Under the pieces are notes generated by a model. It was not told the DNA's origin. It did not search any database and saw only the letters and a list, made by a program, of their open reading frames with translations. Made by a program: the position numbers and the translations under genes. 64,000 nucleotides of DNA from Oopsacas minuta (lineage: Eukaryota > Animalia > Porifera), in assembly GCA_024704765.1 (NCBI GenBank), contig JAKMXF010000177.1:62001-126000 (forward strand). The letters run 5' to 3'. Shown piece after piece: positions 49,996 through 64,000 of this stretch (positions within the stretch are counted from its first letter, which is position 1; each line of letters starts with the position of its first letter).

Positions 49996-52459
49996 CATAG
50001 CATTCTATTGAAATTTTGGACCATGGATTGTCATTACCATCGGACTACTTTACACAATAACTTTTGTATTTCGTAATATATCAAAATGATTCCAACATTT
50101 ATGTGTATCCAACAACTGCCTACCCTTAGAACATATTTTAGCCTAATTTATAAATCTTCAGTTTTGCACACATATTTAAATATCTAATCCAGTCGTAGTG
50201 TCCGTCGAATTAATCTCCTATAGAGTTCTAAGAATACGTATAATTCTTCATAAGCATAAAGATCTTATGTAGCAACATGCAAATTATGTATTATCGTCAA
50301 TATTTGTGATTACTTTTGAAATTTTGTGTCTTAAACATATTAATATGAAAAATATTTTACTCACCTATAAATTTTGATTTCAATGTTGATAATATATGAT
50401 AATTATTGTAAATATTTTCGTTTCTTCCAATTACTGCAATATTTGTACAGCATCATTCACATATTCAACATGACATGCTTAGTACCTGTTTGTAAGTCAA
50501 ATTATCACAGTCAAGGTGATACATACGTGCGTACCTTTTCCTTTCCTAATGATGTTGAAACTCGGGAAAAGTGGTTTCGAGGGATTCTCCGGCCTAAAGG
50601 AGACTATGAGGAGAATAAACGATTTTGGTAAGTTGTAATAGAAATTTCTCTGTAATATAGTAAAATTATTTCTCTCTTTATAGGCCTGTATACATCATTT
50701 CCGCGAAGAAGATATCGAGAGGAATATTGAATATTAGAACGGAGTTGAGATGATCAAAATGCGCAGGAAAAAGTTGTTCTTAAGAAATTTGCCGTTCCTA
50801 GCATCTTTCCAAATTGTCCAACCTATTTCACAGAAGCAGTTGAAACTCAAAGGCTATCTCTAGACGATAAAGAGGAGAAGAGGATGCATGATGAATACAA
50901 GCATAGTCGAGCAGAATTTCAAGAGGCAGAAGTTCATTATTTCGAGTCTTAGTTGTATTATATCTAAGTTACACATGATCGAACTCCCAAACTGTTGGCT
51001 TCTCCATCGCCCTGATTCTTCGAACATACTATTTCTTAAGATTCTATTTTGTAACGAAGTTTCCACTATCTAACGATATATAGTTGTCGATTAAAGTCTA
51101 TTCTGTAAGTCTTTTTATTAGGAACAAGAACAAATTCAGCTCTCGTCTTCCTCAACCAATTATATCAGGATATTAGAAAACATTATACATGAAGTTGATT
51201 TATTTGAAACTTCTCCAAGAATTAATACAAATCACTGCGATATCTCTGATACAACATGTGGAGAACTCTATTCATAGTCTTGCACAAACTATTGATACGT
51301 TAGGGCGCACTGATTCCAAATTATACTTCGAAATCGCTGAGGCTTCTATACGAATGCGTCTTACTTTTTTGCTCGATCAGTTGAAATATCTAATCATTGA
51401 TAAACATGCTCGACGTTATAGCATCATCACCCAGGTCTATTGTTTAAAAATTCACGGCATTTCCCCAGCTTGTTACCGTCTCATTCAGGGCTCTAATTGC
51501 TTAAATTTTCCTCATAAGCGTAATTTGTTGAAATTAAATATAGTATTGGCTTAGAGAGTGATTACCAAAAATTCTCAAGGAAGTTGCCACTACATTCAAT
51601 GATTTAGAACGCTAAGTTATTCTTCAAATGGATGAGGTGCATATCCGTGGTGATGGATCATATAAGAGTGGGAGGGTAATTGGGCCGATTGACAATCCTA
51701 ATGGCCCATATAACACAGTTTTAACAATGATAGTTTCTAGTCTATCGGCAAAGTTTTCTACCATTGTTCCGTTGATTCATTTGGAATCTTCTGCTGCTGA
51801 ATCATTGTTTCCTATTGTCAGGCCTACTATCTGTGATATCGAAACTTGCGGTATATTTGTAGAAGCTGTTTGAACTGACAACTATCCACTCAACGTTCGT
51901 TTCTACATAATGTTTTCAACTAGTTCGAAACTGGAGGCAAAAGTACAATACGCCTGCAACACACATAGAAATTGAATTTTGCTTCTTGATAGTGTTCATA
52001 TCATTAAGTGCATCCGAAATAATTGGTTACAATTTTATGGTTATAAAAAGGGATAATCCTAAGCTTTAAAAATACAAATAATTTTTCCTTGTTCTTTGTT
52101 AGATCATTTTGCAGTTAGAAGCTTGTGTAGAAGTGTATTGTTTTCGATTTATTATATCTAGCTGGACGTTTATGAAAGTATAATATATTATGGTATTTGT
52201 TGTATACTACATATACGTATTGTACTGTTAAATATATGGTTTGACTTATCAATATCTACTATGTTGACTTTTAACATTCTGATATTAAATAAATCAGGCC
52301 GGGTGTGGTTAATCGTCTACTGATGATCCATAATTAACTAGGAGCGCAGTAGAATCACACCTATAGCTAATACATTGTACTTTGAAAGTCGATGGTAATG
52401 ACAATCCATGGTCCAAAAGTTCAATAGAGCGCCATTGCCTTAGTATATAGAATGCTATG
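49996..52459 (+). mobile_element. P-element-like THAP transposon (copy 2), internally deleted and decayed
   Basis: TIRs start CATAGCATTCT and share GGACCATGGATTGTCATTACCATCG. The 7-bp TSD GTCCAAG is at 49989-49995 and 52460-52466. THAP (MTCLVPVCKSNY...FSFP...EKW), MDEVHI and TDNYPLN motifs. Confidence 0.88.
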
Positions 52460-55400
52460 GTCCAAGGTACTGTATTAGATCTTCTTGTCAGGCTCAGATT
52501 GAAGAGATCTCACCTATACACACCTTGAGTGAAAATTTCAAAGAAATCCGATTTGACCGAGCCACGTGAGTTTTCATTGGTATCTGTCCATGGTATCTAC
52601 AAGGCACCTCACAATTATTAAATTGTCAAATTGTCCGTCGAATTTTTGGATGGCCGGTGCGGAATCAAAAAATCGAGCTCTAGTAGAGCATGTAAACATA
52701 TCTTCGCTACAAATAACTGTTTAGAACACATTGATATCTCTGAGTATGGTGATGCAATATTCCTCGGTTTCGGGGCCATATGGAAAATTTTGAGAGGCCT
52801 TGTAGAGCATGGATATAAGAAAATGCAAACTAACGTTGCTCAGTCAAATCTTACCCGAATGGTTTGAAATTTCCACACAAGATGTAGATAGGTAAGATCA
52901 CTCGAAATCTAAGCAAATATGAAGATCTAGACTTTTGGTGACTCAGTACCCTGCGTCCTCAAGATTCCTATCCTACACATACGAAATGTCCATTGGAGAA
53001 CTCTTTATCTCCAATAGCTACTGCTTAGGCAACAATAATATATCATTGCAAGTCACAATTGATGTAAGTTTTCGCACAATTCAATAATGAGTTGAAAGCT
53101 TCTTCAATAGTAAATTCAGATGCGTAGAATACTACTCTCAAATCAAAATGCATTATCTCATACAATATGAATACGATAAAGCTAATTGTTAGATTAACTA
53201 AAATATTACTATGAAAATTTTTTGGGTACGTAGAATTTCAGTAAAGGAATGCATTCCTCTGTTGCGATGCAAAAGCAAAAATTCTATCCATATCTGTAAA
53301 TATTGGTGATAGACCTTCAATTTAGACTCTAGCACATCAGCAATAGATGACATACCACTCAAGAATTTTACATTTTTTAACTTAACTCTAACGGTTAATA
53401 GGTTGTTACATTATATACAGTAATAACTACTTAATCGGCACTCGGATAACACTGGTCTGAAAAATTTGGACAGCATTTGTTCCATGAGGATCAAATATCG
53501 CTTCTGAGGTTATCGACTAAGCTGATCCCCGAAAATATTATGAGTTTCTATTTGCACACTCTGGTTGTGATGAAATTATAATTGGAATTTCTATCAAAAT
53601 TTCTGGGAGATTTCTTCTATGGTTCTAGGAACTCGATATTTCTACTGCACATATGTGTTCAATAGAAATTCTTCCGACAAGTAGTACATATATGTCATGT
53701 GACGTATTTTGGCTATTTGGCTAAGTGATTGGACAGATGGTATTCGAACTATTAGAATTTCTAAACTTTCAGTCATGTGAGATTACACTCATAATAGAGG
53801 TACATCCACCTGCCTAGAAGAACTGCCTCATTCCACAGCTGCGTTTAATCTTCTTGAAATGAATAAAAAGTTAGTAACTATATGTCATGAAGAACCTAAA
53901 TAAATTGGTCGAGTATTTTCTGAGTTATAGTGATATAACGGCTACGTCATTCCAACAATACGTAACTCAAGCGATATTATTCGTATTGGCTGTTATTCTG
54001 TGAGTCTTAGGGTTAGAAAGCTGTAAATTTTACAGGAAACTATAAGACAGATATCTAGCCTCTTTGAAGCATTAAAAAATTGTAATCAGGATAATAGCGC
54101 TGAAAATGTGGCAATTCGCGTAAAACACCAAATGCGGTATAAAGTTGAAATACTGTGGGCTTGAACAATTAGAAGAGGAGACACTCCATTGAAGTTCAGT
54201 GGCGTGATCCAGACTCAGGTTTATGTTGCACTTTAGACATATTGTGAAAGTATATAAAATGTATATAACTCTTCCAATGATAAGCGGAACGAAATTTAAT
54301 AACAATACATTTACACATGTTCGATATATTTGCTGAAGTTTTATTGAATTTTATTTTACTTCCCTGATAAACACGATAAATACATAGTGTATATCTACAT
54401 GTTGTTGCAATTTACGAATATAGGCGTATTTGCGAAATTGACTCATTCTCATCCACCCACTAGTATTATTTCTCGTGTTTTCCGAAGTATATACAGTGAT
54501 TGCTAATTGTTATTATTATATACGGTGTAGCTGTTAACGCAATCAAGAACGCTGTGCAGGGTTGCTAATTACCAAACACCAATACCGAAGTAGGGCCTAC
54601 CAATAGCTACCCTATATGGGTTGAGGTCGTTGGTTGCTTATCGTACTTTTTGATAAGACTTTCACTATTATATGCTCGAATTGTTTCGGTGCCAACCTCA
54701 ACTCATTCTTTGTGTCTAGTCTTGCAGGCTCTTGCGTCCATTTGAACTTATGAAGCTTGTAGGTACTAGGCTCTAGGGGGTATTTAAAATCACTAAATTT
54801 CCTATAATTGACACAGGCCATAGGGCTTATATTTGCGGTTGTATTCGATATTATACGTGCCAAAGCAATTTAACCATTTAGTTTATGAGATTCCTTATAT
54901 AGCTGATTTATAGTATAGTATAGTTTTGCAATACAACAACCAACAATTTGGTGCTATCGTCATGAATCTTGTGTTAAACATTTTGGAATTTGTCTACCAT
55001 TTCGCCAAATTATGAACTACAGTCGAATACTGTTTAGTAGAAAGCCACGGGAAAATAGTTCATTCGAATTATTGTAGGTTCCATCAAAACATACGCAACA
55101 GTCATTTGAAGACCAAAACGAGGTATTAATTATTGATTATAAGAGATTTGAATTCCTTGAAATAGCTTGTTTCGATAAATATCGTGATATAGTATATGAT
55201 AGATTCAGTGATAACACTGGGCGCATAGATATTTGGCTAAAATGTTACTATAACAAATATATCCCAACATCCATTAAATTTCGTATGGAGTATGCTGTAA
55301 ACGGGGATGAGAATCAACGAACAAAAGTATCACTACATTCACTATCACTTTATCCATTATGTCCTGTATAATGAATATTTCGAGGGAGTATTAGGATATA

Positions 55401-55679
55401 GACTTATATATACACTCTCTGAGTGAGAGAATTGGGACATTATTCTACTTTGGTCTCAAGTGATACAAAGGAAATATTGAACACGAATATTCTATAGATA
55501 TTACAAAATTATAAAATAATCGACTTTTCTAATGGTTTAAGATAAAATTAAGTTAACAAATGTTAGAAAATATCTTCAGCACGTGCAAATAAACGATAAT
55601 GCCTATTTGTGCAATGTGTCAATTATGGCAAGGGGTTCCAATACTTTTAGCCAGGGAGTGTATATATATATATATATAA

Positions 55680-56060
55680 ATATCCATCTTAAGGTGGACA
55701 CAATGGCCAGATTCCTTAGCATAAGAATGAGACGCCTGGAAATAGCATCAAATTTGAATATATAAACTTCATGATCCTGAATCAACTTTCCTCACGACCA
55801 CATGAATGGATACATTTTCGATCCGAAATTTCATTGATGCATTGCGGCTGTATGCCAAATCTTCGAAAGATTACAAGGGTTAGCTCTCCCAATTTCATTG
55901 GGTCAACTTTCGTACCCAGCATAAAATGCTAATCAGATTCGTACACAGAGTAAAATTACCAGCAATTAGATGGGTCAGTTAACAAAATTCGGAGACATTT
56001 TCCCTAACAAAGCAACAATGTGTCAAGAATGTAACAAGATTCCATTCTCAAAAATTGTCA
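55680..56060 (-). pseudogene. Short degenerate LINE RT fragment
   Basis: KFDAISRRLILMLRNLAI...LRWI resembles the RT motif KAFDxVxHxRLLxKL...LxWI. Confidence 0.4.
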
Positions 56061-57239
56061 TAAGCACCATCGAGGGAGCTTTCGTTCGACGCCGCTAGGC
56101 TAGCCTAGTATTCCACTTATAGATTAAATGATCTTTAAATACGATTTACAAGATCGAGCGCCTCAGTCCCTTAGTTTTAATTGTTATTACGTGTATAACC
56201 TGAAGACATGCTGTGTCAAAGTTCAAAGAGTTATACCATTTAAAAATAATTAGTCTATTGATAATTATCCTTATATGGACAAGTGACCCATCAAATTGTT
56301 GGCAAATGCAAATTGAAAACAAATCTGATGGTCAAAATATGATAGGCAGAAATCTGAAAAAGTTAACCCGCGGTGGATTTATCGGCGAATTAGCAGACAG
56401 CCCTAATTCAATTTCCATTGGCCTCTATTTATTCCTTCTCTACTCGGGCCCGCGAAATTTGATGCCGGGTCATGAAGATTATATATAAAAATTTGGGTGC
56501 TTTTGTACAGCTTGTCTCAATTTTACGAAATTTCGGTGCAAAGCCACCTGACTACTACTTGATAAGTGAAGCGTAGATTAAATACACATTCAATGAAAGA
56601 CATATTGAATGTTCGAATTATATTGGTTGGATTTATGTGGGATTAAATAAACATATCAAAGAATAACAAACTTCGTTGCAATTGGTAGGTTCCAATTATC
56701 GAACAGAGTATGTAGTGTAATACCCTGAAAGGGAAAATAAAATTTGCTCGAATTAGTGAAATAAGAATTAACGGAGCACAAATTTCGAATTATCGAATGG
56801 ATTTTGCATGGGATTAATTTGAATGTTTCAAGCGGAAAAACGTGTTTGAAATTAGCTGAAGTTCGAATTATCGGGTAATCGGATTAACTGTGGTCGACTG
56901 TTATTATCATATATCTATATGAACAAATTATCATGTTAATCTGATAATTCACATGTCTGCACGTACTGAAGTACGAACGTATGTATGAAAGCACATATTG
57001 CATATGCCAGCATATCAATATATTTAGAAGTAATATTAGGCTTGAATTTACTTTACTATATTCATACGAGAAATAACTACATATTTGAAAAAGGATTAAA
57101 TTCTAATTATAAGCTTACCAAAAACCACATTTTCCCATGGATTTCAAATTCTCGTTTTTCAATGAGAATTATGACAGATTATACCGGCTAAAACAACGCG
57201 AAATTGGAAGAATATTTAGAACTTAATCTAAATAAGTTG

Positions 57240-57560
57240 CCGCAAGAAGTGTATGTACGCAATAATTGGAAAAGAGTTACACGTTCCTTGGGTTAACGAT
57301 ACTATTTGATGTTTTGGGCTAATTGCGAGGATCTGAATAATATAGATTCATAAGATCCGAACATTAGGAGACAAATTATGAGTGCATCCATGCGAAGGGA
57401 TAGATTGAATATAATCCTGAGATGTGTAAATATTGATGATACAGCACTAAAAGAGTATCTGGTCAATATACGATTCTGAAGAACATAAACTTTATCTTCT
57501 TAATTTCTTAAGAAATTCTATACACATATTTAGAGATTTACTATATAGATTACATAATAA
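57240..57560 (+). pseudogene. Possible piggyBac-like remnant
   Basis: MSASMRRDRLNIILRCVNIDD resembles piggyBac MSRxRFxxILRxLHFxD. Very degenerate. Confidence 0.3.
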
Positions 57561-58759
57561 TCAAATTTGAAAACCAAAAGCAAAAGAACTATTTGATTAG
57601 TGAATAGTATGTTGACTATGGTGGAAATACTGGTACAAAGTTTAGAGTAATAGAATTAATAGTTTTTGATAAATAGACTCAACAAACAGAAACACATTTC
57701 CTTAGCAACATAGGAATGTGTTCACATTCAAATAATAAAAACCAATCTTTTCAAATTAGCTCTTGGCCTTTGTCATTCTATACAACTGTCAAGCATTAAA
57801 TACACTGACAACATGGTTTAAATACAGCTCGAAAGTTAGTATATGTTCTAAGAATAATTTTTGCTAAACTGTAAGATGAGATATCATATTTACGCAATTG
57901 AAATGCATACTTTGATACTATTTCCTTTATGTGACTAATGAGAATTAAGGTCTATCATATATATTTCTCGAGATATGTGATAATAACACATTTTCAGTCG
58001 GCCTTCTCGTATCAAGCCTTCTCGGGGGACATATTTTGAGGTATATTATGTAGGCCATGTTCTACCTTATACATTCGTATTGTACCATGATAAAAGATAT
58101 TATACTCCGCGTGAACTCTGTTAGCTAGAGTATAGATCAAAATAGCTGTGGTCAACCAAGGAATGACCTGGCCTCACTGCAGTAGGGTAGGTTTAGAACA
58201 AAAATTGTAAGTTTTACTAATAGATACTTCAGAGCTATATGGGGTATAGGTTCTGGAATCTGCTATGCCAACAATTTTATCCCATATTTATGGGGCTTGG
58301 AGAGCAATTATTGTCCTATAGGATATTTCCTCTGTAACGAGCCATTTTCCAGCATAGATAGTGCATAGTAGGGTATTATTCATAGAATCCAATAAATTTC
58401 GAATATGTGGCCATTTCTTGCTTAGAGATCTCTATAGTCTTAATGGTGGCTTATGCTGCGAGACAATCCAAAATATAATCTTATATTTGAAAATATGTAC
58501 CTAAATATACATCACTTAATCAAACCGAAAATGATTCTTGAAAGTAATGAACTGTAATACAAACAGTGTAGACACAATGGGTCACGAATGAAAAGAAATC
58601 GATCATATAAAGCAAATGCAAGATGGTCAACATTAGCATTTTTCAGACCTGATTAGTATAATCGTATAGTGTGCTTGGCGACCTGGGTCAGTAAAAAGAA
58701 AAAATCGAAGAAAGTTTCTCTATAACTTAGCAATATGGGATCGTGTTACCCGTAAGCTA

Positions 58760-59668
58760 GAACACGTGAATCATTTGTATATTGTTTAATATTAAAATAA
58801 TAATATATTGAAGAAATGTATTGGACATCTTTCAAGAATGTCGTAGAAAACTTTTTGGGAAATAAGTAAGCGGAAAACTACCAAGAACTTGTCCAAACAA
58901 TGCTTGCTAACTATGAATCTCTTGGCTATAGAATGAGCATAAGGATTCATTTTCTGCATTCGCATTTAAATTATTTTCCTGAAAATCTCGGTGCCTTAAG
59001 TGAGGAACAAGGTGAGCGGTTTCATCAGGACATTTGTGAAATGGAGAAAAGATATCAAGGGAAATGGAATACAAGTATGATGGGAGACTATTGTTGGTGT
59101 TTAAAAAGGGATTGCGACACAGCTCACAATCGAATGTCAAGAAAACGGCGTTTCATTCCATATGTTCCATGTTCAAGCTGTTAGGGATTAATAGTTTATC
59201 GCTTACAATTTCCAAGTCAAATAGTAATAGTGTTGTTGCTTAAAACTTCTGATCACAATCATAAATTCAACCACATTTATTTTATACTTCATCCAGATTG
59301 ATATATCGAAGGCATGATATACGTATATGTATAACGGGTCTCGGAAACCGTGATCTTGATCAAAAAAATACGGACCTTACGAAATTCACAGAATAAAAAA
59401 TATATTAACAATTAATGGGAACTCATATTGTTGTACATGGGTTCGAATAATATACTTTTAGATTGTTCTTTGGGTTTGAAAACATTACGGTACATTTTTC
59501 AAATAAATACTTTCCTTGAAGTCAAAGAAATTTGAAAAATTGACTTTCGAAAAATCTGGGCGTGTAGATAACAAATGAATGCCATATTTGAAATCAGCAT
59601 TAAAAATTGCAAGAATAGTTTGAATACATCGAAGAAGAAATTGTAATTTGAAAAAACGTTGCCCAGTG
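58760..59668 (+). mobile_element. Chapaev3-type transposon 3' fragment with right end
   Basis: MSIRIHFLHSHLNYFPENLGALSEEQGERFHQDI...RYQGKW...MMGDYCWCLKRD. Terminal ...TTGCCCAGTG at 59668. Confidence 0.8.
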
Positions 59669-59947
59669 TTATTTGTTAAATTGATTTCATAGCAAAAACG
59701 ATGGACAAAAAACCTAACTTCAAACGTACTTGTATTGTATATTAATAAATCTCAATCGTTGTTTGTCTGTTTACCTGTTGTTAATGTAAGCTGAAATGGA
59801 ATGTTAAATCCAAATGGACTGTTGAATCCATATATACTGTTACAAACAATGTAAAATGTTACCTCAAGAATTAATTACACTAGTATTATTTTCTAAGGTT
59901 TCATTTAATCGATCATGACAATACAATATACGGTAAGGGACAATATT

Positions 59948-60092
59948 TGTAGAGGTGACAATATTTGGCGAATAACAAGGATATTTTACAAAATCTGTCC
60001 CGCCGAACAATTTATGTAGACTCTACATAAACTGTCGGGGGGACAGATTTCGTAAAATATCCATGTCACTCACCAAAAATTGTCACCTCTAC
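59948..60092. repeat. ~145-bp near-perfect palindrome (foldback MITE)
   Basis: Arms TGTAGAGGTGACAA...GGATATTTTAC.AAATCTGTCCC...TTTATGTAG mirrored around position 60021. Confidence 0.85.
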
Positions 60093-60286
60093 ATTGTAGA
60101 TGGACAATTTTTGTCAAAACAGTGCATCCCAAAAAATATTCAATCAATCTCCACAAATTAAAGTATCTAAATAGATGAAAATCTAAGCTATAAATTTATT
60201 CAAACAGCAAATACATGTGGTTAAACAATAATAGCAATAGCTAGGGCTACGAACTAATTGAAAGCCCTTTGTAATTACACTATGTA

Positions 60287-61575
60287 CAAGGGTTTTCAAT
60301 AAGTAATGAGATTAATGTATCGAATTCATATTCTTGTTAATACAGCTCTAAGCTAATATCAGATTACAAGGCTAACTAGATTGTCTAACTTTGATAGAAT
60401 ATACTCTTTACTCTACTAGCATATTCTTCATTATAAAGTTTCATTTGTATAGGCCACTTTTTTCAACAATGGATTTTAGCAAAGAAAGAAAACGACAAAT
60501 AATTTGGTACCTGTGGAAAAAGGGCAAGACTGGCTCATACATTCTTCGTGAAATGATTGTCCTTCGAAAGTCACCATATATAGATGGATCGAACGTTTGA
60601 TAATGGCGATGAGGAACTCCACGATGACACTCGTCCAGGTCGTCCGACCTCCCCAAAATCCGCAGCAATATCGAGAGGGTCCAAACAATTTTAATGAGGA
60701 GAGACGAATAACCCTGCGAGAGTTAGAAGAGAGGGTAGGTATATCAAAACGCCACACTACACTCGATTATCACTGAAGATCCGGAAATGTTGAAGGTAAC
60801 TGCGCGTTGGGTCCCTAAACTTCTTTCAAAGGAACAATACGCGAAAGGGCCAGAGTTAGCAAAGAATTACTTTCAAGATACAAGGCAGAGGAAGACTTTT
60901 TGGATCGTATAGTAAAGGGAGGATGAAACTTGGTTCCATTTTCATAAACCAGAGAGCAAAACTCAATCGAAGCAGTGGAAGAGACGTGATGAACCTGTAC
61001 CCATCAAAGTAAAGGACGCAAAATCAGTAGGGAAGAGAATGGCAACAGTATTTTGGGATAGGGAAGGAATTATATACCTCGACTGCTTGCCTGAGAAGAC
61101 AACCATAAACAGTGATTATTACGTTGACGAATTGAAAAAATTGTGTCAAGCGATTAAACGTGAGAGGCGAGGCAAGTTGACACGTGGCATATTGCTGCAA
61201 TATGACAACGCAAGGCCCCATGTAAGCTCCAAGACAATAGCTGGAATTGACGACTTAGGATTCGAATGCCTCCCTCATCCCCCGTATTGTCCAGACTTTG
61301 CTCCCAGCGACTACTGGCTGTTTGGAGAGATGAAGAGACCTCTTGGAGGGAAGAGATTTGAGGATTTCAAATGGCTGGAGTATGAAATAAAACAGTGGGA
61401 AAAAGGGATCCCTAAAGAATTCTATACCACTGGGCTGGAAAAGTTACCAGAACGATGGAAACGATGTATCAGTTAAAGGGGGAATTTATGGAAACATTTG
61501 ATAATCAATTATGATAAGTATAGGTTTACTATATGAATTATGAAAAAAGTCTCATTATTTATTGAACAACCCTTG
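60287..61575 (+). mobile_element. Full-length decayed mariner (D,D34D)
   Basis: TIRs CAAGGGTTTTCAATAAGTAATGAGA / TCTCATTATTTATTGAACAACCCTTG with TA TSD; 1289 bp. Motifs ARWVPK, GDETW, QYDNARPH and PDFAPSDYWLF. Several frameshifts and stops. Confidence 0.92.
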
Positions 61576-62985
61576 TATTACTTGTATGCATGAGATTAAT
61601 TGTATAATAACTTTATAGAATCAAGTAAGATGTAAAGGTTAAAGTGGATTTACAAACAATGAATAGACAGCCTGATTGATAAGAAACACCCTATATATAC
61701 TAAAGTGCAATGGCATGTGTTTCTAATGGTAAAGGATCTATTAATATCAAGGTTAAGCCCAATTACCAAAGGCGCACTGGCAATTCTTACCAGATGCCAC
61801 CTGGCTACCAAACCCAATATATAGGGTGGCGCATTAGATGAAGGGCCGCAACACCACGGTAAATAATTTTTTTAAAACATAAAGGGATCTAAAATCTCAA
61901 CATCTAGGTGAATCTAACGATTTCGGGTACAAATACTGCAGAATCCCTGGTCTTTTCCTAGAATACTAATAAATTGTAGATATGATGATAGAATCGTGAG
62001 ACTTTTGACGAATATCACGATTATAAAGGTTTCTAGGTGAAGAGCCCCGCATCTATTAATTTCACATTGTAAGGAATAAATAACATAGACTAACTAACAA
62101 ATAATCATTAATTTTCTCATTTCTCAATGGGAAAGCAACGAAAAATGGATTCACTAGCATTATTCTAATATTCATAACCTAATCACAAATATTGAATACA
62201 ACGACACAAAATCTTGTCGATTGGGCATCATTTTATATGTAAATGATCAATAATGAACATTCCAAATTTCATAATTCATCAACTAACAAAATTCTTAGTT
62301 GGTACGAAATATTGGCGGGGTGTATAGAGTATCTGGGCGGGTTGCAATAGGAACTCTGGATGCAATTTGGGGATGCAAGTAATAGTGAATCCACGCTATA
62401 AATATTTAATAGATTTCAAATAGAATATATCAAAAAATTAGAAACTAATCTTCTCCTTTCATGCTCGCTCTCGGGTACATAATTAATGAAGATAGATAGT
62501 CGTATATTCAGTAGCTCATGTATGGATAGAGCTGCTTTCTGTAATCAAGATAACAAAAAATATGAGGCCTCCTTAGAAATATTGATAGATTTCAATTTCA
62601 CTAACTCAATCATTGTTGTATGAATATCCTCAACCGTGACCTAAGTAATATAAGGCCTGGATATTGTGCATAGAATTACCTACCATGGATTACATTGTAT
62701 AATTCATCCATAATTGTAACATGCTACATTGACATTGCACAACTCAACAAGATTTCTCATCAGAGATCACATACATTTATCTTAGCATACTTTTGAATGC
62801 TGAACTCGAATCTGGAATCAGAATTTCTCTAGCACGTCTAGTTATTCTGAAATCCAATATCCATTTTTTCAATAGTATAGTGTTACCTAGTTAATAAATT
62901 GCTATATGAGCATGCCTATTTTGATTCAATTATCTGGAATATAATGACTTTACTTATTTGAATTCAAGCAAATCAAATTATAAAC

Positions 62986-64000
62986 ATGCATCGTAATTGT
63001 AGAATTCATCCCGACAATTTCTGTTACGTTTGTGGTCTTCTTTGGGTAAAATCACAAAGACGACCAATCACAAATCAATTAAAGAATATTTACAAATTGT
63101 ACTTCGAATGTCCACTTGGTGACCAAGACAAGTCGTGGGCACCACATGTTATATGCACTTCTTGTTCAAGTGGACTACGTGATTGGTTGAACAAAAGGAA
63201 AGTTTCAATGCCATTTGCAATACCCATGGTCTGGAGGGAACAGAAATATCACCTTGATAATTGTTACTTTTGCTTTATCGACATTACAGGATTCTCAGCC
63301 AAGAATAAGCACGCTCTTGTTTACCCAGACTTGGATTCTGCTCGCAGGCCAATTCCACACATTTCATTACCAATCCCAATTCCCAAGCCACAGCAAATTA
63401 AAATCGGGTCTGATATGGTGGAAGATGTTCATGGAGATTCTACAGATGCTAATTATGTCCCGAAGATGAATTACTAGAGCACAAACATTTATACAGGGAG
63501 AATTGAATGACCTGGTCAGGGATCTAGACTTATCTAAGGACAAAGCTGAACTCCTTGCATCCAGGCTCAAACAGAAAAACCCACTCGACAAAGATGTCCT
63601 AGTATCCCACTATCGCAAGCGAAATTTCGATCTCACTCAATACTACACCACTGATGGTCCACTGTGCTATTGCAATGATATCGAAGGACTCTATGCAAAC
63701 CTATTACAAGAACATTATTCCTCTGATTGGCGCCTTTTCATCGACTCGTCAAAACGCAGTTCGAAAGCTGTTCTGTTGCATAACGGAAATCTAAAGCTTG
63801 GCGTTCCAATTGCTCACTCTGTCTATCTCAAAGGAACCTTCCTCAATTTGCAGGAAGTTTTGGAGGCAATACAGTATAGAACACATATATGGAATATCTG
63901 CGGTGATCTTAAGATAATCGGGCTATTGATGGGCTTGCAACAAGGTTTTACAAAGTATTGTTGTTTCCTATGTCTATGGGACAGCTGAGCAACTGGTGAA
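62986..64000 (+). pseudogene. Chapaev3-type transposase, 5' half (continues past window end)
   Basis: CRIHPDNFCYVCG, WAPHVICTSC, WREQ..H...CYFC, WRLFIDSSK and ICGDLK...GLQQGFTKYCCFLCLWDS. Frameshift at ~63480 and a stop at 63986. Confidence 0.85.

Noticed and set aside
52300-52362. Hairpin containing CTGATGA as a hammerhead, twister, SECIS or C/D snoRNA
   Set aside because: No GAAA, no D box, helix II too short for a SECIS and no twister pseudoknots. It is only a hairpin in the P-element end.
56193-56236. Second hammerhead (GTATAAC-CTGAAGA...GTTATAC)
   Set aside because: Stem I is plausible, but GAAA is missing (TCAAAG) and no stem III or UH site can be formed. At best a dead relic.

Overview
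AT-rich eukaryotic genomic DNA dominated by nested transposon debris. The host is a ciliated organism (it has IFT80), probably an invertebrate animal; a sponge-like host is only an impression. Two host genes are recognisable: an intronless, divergent NRDE2 (+, 25001-27985) and the 3' part of IFT80 (-, exons 46923-47113 and 38995-40281, separated by a 6.6 kb intron). Structurally complete elements: a Chapaev-type transposon with an uninterrupted RAG1/Transib-related transposase ORF (31743-34575); a Merlin element with 359-bp TIRs and an 8-bp TSD inside the IFT80 intron (43464-46815); a Tigger/pogo element with one frameshift (19061-21393); a MULE; two P-like THAP elements; and a decayed full-length mariner. 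Fragments of hAT, Chapaev3, LINE RT, an OTU protease and Helitron-like repeats are also present. The most unexpected non-coding feature is a type III hammerhead ribozyme with an intact catalytic core on the minus strand (15791-15851). All family assignments come from recalled motifs, not database searches.
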